Positions 24,777 through 34,171 of a stretch of DNA of 34,171 bases are shown here, one piece after another. This DNA is from Tubiluchus corallicola (Eukaryota; Animalia; Priapulida). The notes under the pieces are model-generated. The model worked only from the letters and a program-made list of their open reading frames with translations, searched no databases and was not told the DNA's origin. Position numbers and translations under genes: made by a program. The DNA is taken from NCBI GenBank assembly GCA_030141605.1, contig JAQGDQ010000328.1:201201-235371 (forward strand), given 5' to 3'. Positions within the stretch are counted from its first letter, which is position 1. Every line of letters begins with the position of its first letter.

Positions 24777-25166
24777 GTAAGGACTGACACCGTGTACCTG
24801 TTATTGAAATAATCTGGAATTAAGTGATGGCCTCATTGTACACGTCTATCTTATTGTTTATATAAATAATTATAAATAAACTTAATTTTTAAAAATTTTA
24901 AAGTCTACTTTAAACATCTATTTTTTCTTTGCAATAATCTTGTTGTCTACATATATTATTACAAGTGACGGTAATTTGTTAAGCTTTTATGGTCTATTTT
25001 AAACATCAATCATTTTTTCTTCGCAGTAATCTTACTTACAACATACAGTGGCCAACTCATTTTTAACAATTTGTTTGTTTTTGTTTTTGTTTAGACGTTA
25101 TTAATTGCATATCTAAGTATGGTAAAACTGAGCTGCAGGTAAAGAAGAATAAATACAGTAAACACT

Positions 25167-26343
25167 TGTGACAAACCATCTATTATTTACGATATTTTTG
25201 TTTACCTGTTTGTCACCTTTTCATTTCACAGTCAAGTTCTTTATAGTGATAGCTGTAGCACTTGCTAGTGTAATTTGCTTACATTATAGTAGTCACTATA
25301 GTAGCATTGTATTGTTAGTCTAATTAGTGTAGTAGTGTAGGAGTCCTACTAACACCCCCCTCGTCTTGTGATCGTGTTCTGCAATACCTGCAATACTCGC
25401 GGCTTATTTCAAATGTGTGAAACCCGTACAGGTATGAAGTGTACATGATACGTACGTTACAGCTATAGTCTGAGACGTGCAACCTGGCAGTCGGTCGGCC
25501 GTTATTGAAAGGCCTAGGTCACGTAAAATGACCATCGTCTGATTTTCACATGTCTGCGAAAAGACAGTCAGAAATGTCGAATAGCAACGTCGATGTTATA
25601 GTGCAGTAGACGTCACTATTTCTTTTGTCAACAGCCATTGCTTACAGTGCTGACGGGTCTTTATCGAGTACGTTGTCTTGGTTTGATGAGGTGGTTACCG
25701 TTATCGTCATTGTCCGAGGATTCGTTCAAAACCTGAAGTCACGCTAAAGTTTATGGTGGACAGTCCATTGTTGGTGGAGCAAACCATAGTTGGTAAATCC
25801 ATGGATGTTACCCCACAGGTTAGCAGCTGCCGTTTCACACAATGTTCATGGAGTGTCTGGTAAGACAAGACTTTTGTACGTTTGCTCAGCGTTTGCTAGC
25901 TAGCATAATTACGTTGTATATGGTCATCGTTGGATTGCCGTCATCGAGAGTGCGTCATCATTTGCACGTGCTACCCCCACTAACACCTCCCTTCTCTATT
26001 ATTAGACTAGAGAATACATTTGCTGTACTGTGATTAATTGTTATTGTGAACTATTTCTTTTCTCCTGGTCAAAGTAGTAATCAATTAAATTTTGTTATAT
26101 ACAGCTTAATAGTTGGTTTGGTATTCTATCTACCGTCGAATATTACTGGCTAATTAAGACTCCTAGGCTCGGGTTCCGCGTACCCCCGTATGAAACAACA
26201 AAGCCTTAGCCCGCCTCCAGGATTCTAATAGCAAATTATCTAACTCTATAGAACCCCAGAACCACGTGTTACACCTCGTCCATAGGGCGGTCGTGCCTGC
26301 TTTTCATGACATTGAGACTCAGAGCACGTAACTTGGCGTCACA
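25167..26343 (+). mobile_element. LTR-like insertion, 1177 bp (solo LTR, or LTR plus PBS stub; probably Gypsy-type)
   Basis: TGTGAC...GTCACA ends; TSD ACACT at 25162-25166 and 26344-26348; empty site aaacactctgtg in other units; no TE ORF. Orientation inferred from the PBS-like end. Confidence 0.85.
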
Positions 26344-26605
26344 ACACTCTGTGTTTTTTAATCTAAATTATAAATCTAGCTGTTACAAGAAGTGCAATAT
26401 ATCAAATACTACATCTTCTTTATGATAACGTTACCAGCTGCAAAGAATAACATATTTACCTGCATTTAAACAGCTATATTGCTTTCTTGAGATGTTAATG
26501 TTGCCAAAAGCAAGCTCTTTCGGGACATTACATTTTACTTTTCACTAATGTCAATGTAACAAAATGATATTCTTTACTGAATTTTAGAGGTTTTACATAT
26601 TTTAG

Positions 26606-26719
26606 ATGTTAGGGATTGCTCACCCAGTCCCTGTCAAAATGGAGCTACATGTAAAGCTGAGAGCAATTCTTACACTTGCATATGTGTTGATGGTTTTACA
26701 GGAGATAATTGCGATAAAG
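26606..26719 (+). CDS. Exon C5: DVRDCSPSPCQNGATCKAESNSYTCICVDGFTGDNCDK
   Basis: AG/GT, 114 bp, 6 Cys; following intron shortened to 322 bp. Confidence 0.92.
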
Positions 26720-27041
26720 GTAAGGAGCACCACAATAAGACTAAGACATATTAGCGTACCATTGGCATATGAACTAAATGAATTTCAAATCTCATGTGGA
26801 GACAAATTATCATCTTTGTAATCACTCCGCAAAACGTGCAAAGCAAAAATTCTGCTCTTTCCCTTGACATTATTATTAGCATCTTTTGCATCATCTATCA
26901 AAGCATGCATGTTTTACTTTTAAAATTTGACAATTTCAAAAACGTACCATTTTGGGATAAAAACATTGTTTTTTCTAAATGTCAATGCAATAATGCTGCT
27001 TATTGTTACCAAATTGCCAGTGTAGGTTTTACCATCTTTAG

Positions 27042-27158
27042 GTTCAGGGGATTGTTCACCTAATCCTTGTAAAAACGGAGCTACATGTACAGAAAACGGT
27101 GATGGTACATACACCTGCAATTGTGTTCATGGATTCACTGGAGTTGACTGTAGTGCAG
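27042..27158 (+). CDS. Exon D5: [39 protein letters not shown]
   Basis: AG/GT, 117 bp, 6 Cys. Confidence 0.92.
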
Positions 27159-27736
27159 GTAAAATTTGCCATAATGAATCTAATAGGTATTACCCAGTGT
27201 TAAGGACAAGCCTAAATACAAATGTATTTTATTATCTACCCAAAGCAGGTGGCACACTTTCATTTTTTTGAAAGCAAACAAATGTTTTCCTCAATAGCAA
27301 AGTAAGTGATTTACTTAACAAGTTTCCTAAGACTTAATTACAGTTACGTATAGCATTTTACTATAACCTCTATATAATTGTTTGTATTTCTACGTACTAC
27401 TGTCTCTTATGGATATATTTAACTACCTTTTTTCAATTTGCTTAATTAATTTCAGCTTAACTGCAATAAAATATTGCTACATGTAAAAGTAGCTCTGTGA
27501 TTATGTAGAAATTTCTTATATTACAACTTAAAAAATCTTTTTCATACGAAAGTGTTTTGCCAGAATCCAACCCTTTCTTCACAATGACATAACCAAATGC
27601 TGCAGTTTCTAGTATCTTGCCATTTTATATTGACAATTACAAAACAATTATTTTTAGAGACACTGTACTGTTTTTTTAATAATGTTTTTGCAATGAAACA
27701 GTATAGTTCCACTGATGTTTGTGGCTTTACTTCTAG

Positions 27737-27853
27737 GTATTGGTGATTGCTCACCTAATCCTTGCGAAAATGGAGCTACGTGTTTAGACAATGCAGACGA
27801 TACATACACTTGCAAGTGTGTTAGTGGATTCACTGGAATCAATTGCAGAATAG
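27737..27853 (+). CDS. Exon E5 (protein identical to E4)
   Basis: AG/GT, 117 bp, 6 Cys. Confidence 0.92.
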
Positions 27854-28387
27854 GTAAGGATTACCACACTGCAGTCAATAAGGAGAGTTGCCATGTTTTA
27901 AGTAAAAACCTGGTTATCGATGTATGTTGTTATCTAACCAAGTTAAATGTACATTTCTAATTTCAAAATATCTCTTTTGATGGCATCGGTTTTTTTCTTG
28001 CTTTAACTTTACTTGTAAACTAGGTTGAATACTTCTTTTTTAACTGTTTTGATCCATTTTTATCTGTTTTTGTTTAACATTTAGGCCTACCAACATTATT
28101 ATTGTAAAAATATGTTACATGTAGACCCATTCATTACTGTGCTTGATATCTTAATTGCAAATTCATTTACTAATAAAGTGGAATACCAAGCTGTTACCTG
28201 TTTACAATGACACACATTGTTTACGTACAATGGTGTTATGTGCTTCCTGATGCAGCACTCAAATGGGCATGTTTATTTTAAACATCACATTTAGAGAGAA
28301 ACCATCTTTGTGAGATTTTCCTTTTGGGATCTGTTGTTAAATACAGCTCTACCAACGATTTCTCTTAAGAAGCTTTATCGGTTTTAG

Positions 28388-28504
28388 GTACAGGTGATTG
28401 CGAACCAAATCCTTGCAAAAACCAAGCTATATGCACAGATAACGGAGATGATACATACAGTTGCTCTTGCCCTGCCGATGTGACTGGAGATAATTGTGAT
28501 GAAG
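28388..28504 (+). CDS. Exon A6: GTGDCEPNPCKNQAICTDNGDDTYSCSCPADVTGDNCDE
   Basis: AG/GT, 117 bp, 6 Cys. Confidence 0.92.
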
Positions 28505-29034
28505 GTAAAGTTTGACACAATATAGCTGTTATAGTTCCACAGTATTAATAATTGAATACAAACAATCACTTTTTTCTGAACAGATGATTACATACAAAAA
28601 GATCAGTTTGATTATGTCAGTTATAATTGCAAATCACAGTCATCCTGCCGTCCTTCTAATGAATTTCTTGTTAGAGCTAGATAATACTGACTGAATATTT
28701 TATTTTTGTAAGACTTTGCTACACTCAGACAGAAACTCTACAAGTAGCATTCTGACAACTAGGCAACCTTTCACGTAAACTAAAAAATGTCAAACTTTCT
28801 TTTTGCTTGAATGCACAGTACCAAAACTTACGTTCCAATACATCACTGCTAGTATCAATGGTTTGGCATAATCTGCTTGCATTTGAATGCTTATGTTATT
28901 CCTTTCTGGGTTATGGTGATTATAAAAGGAGTAAGTTCTGATTTGTTTTATGCTATCTTCCTTATGGTTTTTCAAAAAGAATGTAGTACAGTTTAATTTG
29001 GACGCCAACATTTTCGTGGCTTTATCATTCTTAG

Positions 29035-29151
29035 GTTTTGGAGCTTGCTGGCCAACTCCTTGTCAAAATGGAGGTACATGTACATCACTTACAGAAGATA
29101 CTTACTCTTGTGCTTGTTCTCCTGGATTTATTGGAGTTAACTGTGATGAAG
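29035..29151 (+). CDS. Exon B6: [39 protein letters not shown]
   Basis: AG/GT, 117 bp, 6 Cys. Confidence 0.92.
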
Positions 29152-29684
29152 GTAAGGACTGACACAGTGTACCTGTTATGGAGATTATCTTGAATTAAGT
29201 GAAGGCCTCATTGTAGACGTCTATCTTATTGCTTACATAATTACAAGTGAATATAATTTTTAAAGATTTTTGTCAACTTTAAATATCCTTTCCAGTAATT
29301 TTGCAGCACAGGGTGGCTAATTGATTTTTTACATTTTTTGTTTTTATTTAGACATTATTAATTGCATATCTAAGTATGGTAAAACTGTGCTGCAGGTAAA
29401 GACGAAGAAATACAGTAAACACTCTGTGTTTTTCAATTTAAATTATAAATCCAGCTGTTACAAGAAGTGCAATATAATTGTTAAATACCTCATCTTCTTT
29501 ATGGTAACATTACCAGATGCAAAGAATAGCATATTTATCTATATTTAAACAGCTATACTGCTTTCTTTGGATGTTAATGTTGCCAAAAGCAAGCTCTTTC
29601 GGGACATTACACTTTACTTTTCTCTAATGTCAATGTAGCAAAGTGATATTCTTTACTGAAATTTAGACGTTTTACATATTTTAG

Positions 29685-29798
29685 ATGTTAGGGATTGCTT
29701 ACCCAATCCCTGTCAAAATGGAGCTAAATGTACAGCTGGGAGCAATGCTTACACTTGCAAATGTGTTGGTGGTTTTACAGGAGATAATTGTGAAAAAG
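29685..29798 (+). CDS. Exon C6: DVRDCLPNPCQNGAKCTAGSNAYTCKCVGGFTGDNCEK
   Basis: AG/GT, 114 bp, 6 Cys. Confidence 0.92.
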
Positions 29799-30448
29799 GT
29801 AAAGAGCACCACAATGTAGCTGCATTAGCGGAGATTAGGCCTACTGTGAATCAAGTAAAATTATAGATGAGTTTCAATATCTTTATAGATAATGGTAATT
29901 TGTTAAAACAGTAATTAAATTTGCCATCTTTTTAAAGAATTGACCATTTCCACTTGGGCATGCCAGACAGCAACCAATTGATCAAATTGCTGTACATAGC
30001 ATGACAGTAGGTGATGACATGACAACGATCTGTTTGGCTTAGATATAACAAGTTTACCTTTAGGTCTGATCCATTAAGCTTTCCTGCTACCCATTATAAT
30101 TTGTTATTAGACTATATCTTAAATAAGATTATTATTGATGTTATCTCCATATCGTGTATTTTTGAATTAGCTATATTAATTTACCATTGGCATTTTAAAT
30201 AAATTTGAAATATTATTTGCAGACAAAATAACATCCTTGTAACCATTTTGCAAAAAGTGTAATATAAAAATTTTACTATTTTGACAATATTATTAGAATC
30301 TTAATGTAACTGTCACAGCATCATCTATCAAACTCTACATTGTTTGTTTATAAGTATCAGCGATTTTAAAAAGTCACCATTTTGGGATAAAAACTGTGTT
30401 TTTTCAAATATTTATGCAACGACGCTACATGACACTACCAATTTTTAG

Positions 30449-30565
30449 GCCCAGGCGACTGTTCACCTAATCCTTGTAAAAATGGAGCAACATGTACAGA
30501 AAATGGAGATGGTACGCACACTTGTAATTGTGTCCATGGATTCACTGGAATTGACTGTGGAGGAG
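30449..30565 (+). CDS. Exon D6: [39 protein letters not shown]
   Basis: AG/GT, 117 bp, 6 Cys. Confidence 0.9.
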
Positions 30566-31084
30566 GTAAAAATTAACACAACGAGGCTGATAGACATTAC
30601 CAAATGTTAAGGGAAAGCCTAAATACAGATGTATTTTGCTATCTTCCCATAGCAAGTGCACAGTTTTAATTTTTTTGAAACCAAAAAATGTTTTTAAGAA
30701 TGTGCAGAGTAAGTAGTTTCCTTAGCACTATTGCTAACACTTAATTATAGTTGTGCATATATATTTACTATAACCCCTATAGACTTGTTTGTATTGCTAC
30801 ATGCTAGTGGCTCTCCTATGTAAATATTTAACTGCCTTTTTTGTCTATTTGCTTAATTATTTTCAGCTTGACTATCATAAAATGGTGCCACATTTAAAAG
30901 GAGCTATGTGACTATGTAGAATTTACAAAAACCCTTTTTTAAGAAAGTGCATTGCCAGAATAGTATCTGGCTTTATTATGTTGACAATGTTGACAAAGCT
31001 ATTTTTTAGATATGTCACTTTATATAATAATGTTGTTGCAATGAAGGCAGTATTGTTATACTGATGTTTATGGCTTTATTTTAG

Positions 31085-31201
31085 GTATTGGTGATTGCTC
31101 ACCTGATCCTTGTAAAAATGGAGCTACGTGTATAGACAATGCAGATGATACATACACTTGCAAGTGTGTTAGTGGATTCACTGGAACCAACTGTAGAATA
31201 G
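31085..31201 (+). CDS. Exon E6: [39 protein letters not shown]
   Basis: AG/GT, 117 bp, 6 Cys. Confidence 0.92.
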
Positions 31202-31604
31202 GTGAAGATTGCAGCACTGCAGCTAATAGGGATAGTTTTCCTGTTTTTAGTAGAAGCCTGTTTATCGATGTATTTTATTTGTTTTTATCTGTTTTTCATC
31301 TGTTTTTGTTTAATATTTAAGCCTACCTCTGTTGTTGTTGTTGTAAAATGATGCTACATAAAACCCATACACTTCTGTAACTGACATTTGTGCTGCAAAT
31401 TCCATTTACAAATAAAGTGGAAAACCAAAACGTTACGTCTTGTCGATGACATGCATAAGTACAATAGTTTTATGTGTCTGCTGATGCAGCACTCAGATGG
31501 TCATGTTTACTTTAAAGATCGCATTTACAAAGAAACCTTTTTGTGATCCTTATCTGAATACAGCTTTAGTAACAGTTTCTCTTATGAAGCTTTATCGTTT
31601 TTAG

Positions 31605-31721
31605 GTCCAGGTGACTGCGAACCCAATCCTTGCAAAAACGAAGCTATATGCACAGATAATGGAGATGATACATACACTTGCACTTGTCCTGCTGATGTGA
31701 CTGGAGATGATTGTGATGAAG
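31605..31721 (+). CDS. Exon A7: GPGDCEPNPCKNEAICTDNGDDTYTCTCPADVTGDDCDE
   Basis: AG/GT, 117 bp, 6 Cys. Confidence 0.92.
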
Positions 31722-32243
31722 GTAATATTTGACACAATATAGCTATTATGGTTTTACGTTAATAATTGATGAATACAAATGTTCATTTTTTATGAACAGA
31801 TAATTACGTACAAATAACATTTCGTTTGATTTTGTACGTTATAACTGCAAATCACAGTGATCCTGCCATCCTTTTGATTAATTTTTTTGTTAGAGCTAGA
31901 TAATATTCACTGAATATTTCATTTTTGTAAGACTTTGGTACACTCAGACAGAAACTATACAAGTAACATTCTGAGTAGTTGACAATATTTTACATATAAA
32001 CAAAAAATAATACAAACTTTCTTTTTGCTTGAATGTACAGTACCAGAACTTACTTTTCACGGCTAGTATCAATGGTTTTGCATAAGCTGCTTGCATTTGA
32101 ATAATTATGTTGTTCCTTTTTGGATTGTGGTGATTACAAAAAGAATAAATTTTGATTTGATCCTATCCTTTTTTCACGTTATCTCAAGAATGTAGTACAG
32201 TTAAAGATGTAGACCAACATGTTAGTGGCCTTACCATTTTTAG

Positions 32244-32360
32244 GTATTGGAGATTGCACGCCTAATCCTTGTAAAAATGGAGGTACATGTACATCACTTA
32301 CAGAAGATACTTACTCTTGTGCTTGCCCTCCTGGATTTATTGGAGTTGATTGTGATAAAG
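32244..32360 (+). CDS. Exon B7: [39 protein letters not shown]
   Basis: AG/GT, 117 bp, 6 Cys. Confidence 0.92.
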
Positions 32361-32445
32361 GTATGGACTGACACTGTGTACCTGTTATGAAGATTATCTT
32401 GAATTATGTGAAGGCCTCGTTGTCGACGTCTATCTTATTGTTTAC

Positions 32446-32730
32446 TGCATCAAAGAAAGTTTATAAGAATATTAAACAATTTATCTAAACGTACCGCTAT
32501 TGGTATGTTCTTATTTAATGAATGTGGTTTATTAATTCTCGAAGATTTGATTATATATCACATGTCTATTTATATATACAAGACATAATACAACTTGTTT
32601 CCCACTTCCTTTACAAATCCAATTACAACACATCCTAAACATGTTTCTTTCTTAAATCATATTGTAAGTTGATGTATTGTACTGTATAAGTATTGCTAGT
32701 GTGAGACAAATTGATTTGATTTGATTTCAT
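32446..32730 (+). mobile_element. Non-LTR retrotransposon 3' fragment, copy 2 (duplicate of 17611-17895)
   Basis: Near-identical 285 bp at the homologous intron position. Confidence 0.6.
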
Positions 32731-33183
32731 TTTACATAAATAATTACAAATAAACATAATTTTTAAGGTTTCGAGATATATTTTAAACATCAATCGCTTT
32801 TTCTTCGCAATAATATTACTTGCTGCATAGTGTAGCTAACCCATTTTTTACAATTTTATGTTTTTGTTTAGACGTTATTAATTGCATATCTAAGTATAGG
32901 AAAACTGAGCTGCATGTAAAGATAAAGAAATACAATAACCACTCCACTATTTTTCGATTTAAATTATAAATCCTCTGTTTTATACCAAATACTAAATCTT
33001 CTTTATGAAAACATTACTATCTGCAAAATACTAACGTATATACCTACATTTAAACAGCTATGCTGCTTCTTTTTTGGATATTAGTGCTACCAAAGGCAAC
33101 AACGTTTGGGACACTACACTATACTTTGCTCTAATGTCAAAGTGACATTCTTTACTGAATTTTAAAGGTTTTACATCTTTTAG

Positions 33184-33297
33184 ATGCTAAGGATTGCTCT
33201 CCCAATCCCTGTCAAAATGGAGCTAAATGTACTGTTGGCAGCGATTCTTACACTTGCACATGTGTTGATGGTTTTACAGGAGATAATTGTGATAAAG
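33184..33297 (+). CDS. Exon C7 (protein identical to C4)
   Basis: AG/GT, 114 bp, 6 Cys. Confidence 0.92.
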
Positions 33298-33367
33298 GTA
33301 AGGAGCGCCACAATACAGCTGCATTAATGGAGATTAGGCCTAATATGAATCAAGTAAAATTATAGAT

Positions 33368-34171
33368 CATGTATAATATATTGTATAATCGTACATGATA
33401 TATGTCTGTATCGCTGTTGCACAACCCTTTTATTGTGAATAAAAGATGACGCGACAGGGTAGTCAGATTTGTGGATGAGTTGGGAGGTAAAGAGTTGCAC
33501 CCCCACCATGAAAATCTACTAGCTCCCAACATATTTGGTGGCAGCGGCGTCATCACCGTTGATTGTTATGGCCATAGACTTGAAGTCGTTGATGTGTTGC
33601 TGTGACTGACTGGAGTGAGCTACGTCCGCGGACTCCTCTCCCATGTCCTTGTCCTCTCAGGGGAAGGGTTAACTGATAAGTGGATGTTTTCTTTTCACTT
33701 TGTCATTTTTGTTATTATTAACTGCTTTTATGCGAAACTGTTATTGATAATATTACCTGTTCTGATTTATCTAAACTGAGTAAAAAGTAAATAAAAATAG
33801 TAAACCTAATCATAATCTTTTCCTCCATTTCATAAAAGATTTTGTTGTTGGAATGTTTGGAATCTATGTATGTCATGGTCAACATGGAAAACCATAATGC
33901 CTAAGTAAACCCCCGTAAAACGTAACATCAAGCCTTAGACCCGCTGGTTTTTCAAGTGAGCCCTTCGACATTGCAACCTCTCTAAAGACATATTAATTAT
34001 ACCTGTGTCGTTGAATTTTGGTTCATATGCCTTGTTGCCCTCTGGAAAATTGTAGGACAACAACCGCCCACGTATGTTGCACAACCCTTTTATTGTGAAT
34101 AAAAGATGACGCGACAGGGTAGTCAGATTTGTGGATGAGTTGGGAGGTAAAGAGTTGCACCCCCACCATGA
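33368..34171. mobile_element. LTR-like insertion with internal 660-bp-period direct repeat, truncated by window end
   Basis: C-D intron homology stops at about 33367; 33415-33511 is identical to 34075-34171; motifs shared with the 25167-26343 insert. Confidence 0.6.

Larger units (their letters stand above)
6155..33367 (+). repeat. Tandem array of a ~3.4-kb five-exon cassette (A-B-C-D-E), about 6.6 copies
   Basis: A exons start at 6155, 9566, 12955, 17081, 24005, 28388, 31605. Insertion-free periods are 3411, 3389 and 3217 bp. Introns align between copies. Confidence 0.96.

Noticed and set aside
4967-28569. Recurrent antisense ORFs (HLQVYVSSALS..., MLKKPFTLHIKK...)
   Set aside because: Reverse-strand shadows of EGF exons and duplicated introns with inconsistent starts and stops.
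6155-33367. CRISPR-like or recombination-signal (V(D)J-like) reading of the repeats
   Set aside because: Spacers are homologous spliceosomal introns. I saw no unique spacers, heptamer/nonamer signals or recombinase gene.

Overview
AT-rich animal (metazoan) genomic DNA. The whole window lies inside one + strand, multi-exon gene with no start or end visible. I can read 37 intact exons of 114 or 117 bp. Each has AG/GT ends and phase 1-1, and each encodes one EGF-like domain (4299 nt, about 1433 aa if all are spliced). Exons 1-3 are calcium-binding-type EGFs and exon 4 is transitional. Exons 5-37 form a roughly 3.4-kb five-exon cassette (types A-B-C-D-E) repeated about 6.6 times. Each intron type also seems to hold a decayed 'ghost' EGF exon, so the cassette looks like a higher-order repeat of about ten 340-bp exon+intron monomers with alternate exons dead. 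Copies are related as a mosaic, and B-type exons differ mostly by amino-acid replacements. Introns carry several insertions: a 424-bp solo LTR, a 1.18-kb LTR-like insert, a MITE-like element, a LINE 3' fragment shared by two units, a 3.5-kb composite (hAT-like ends around a rearranged BEL/Pao gag, integrase and LTR) and a tandem LTR-like element at the right edge. The gene is Notch/fibropellin-like in domain type only and cannot be named. Most ORFs in the supplied track are exon read-through or antisense artefacts. All alignments were done by eye.
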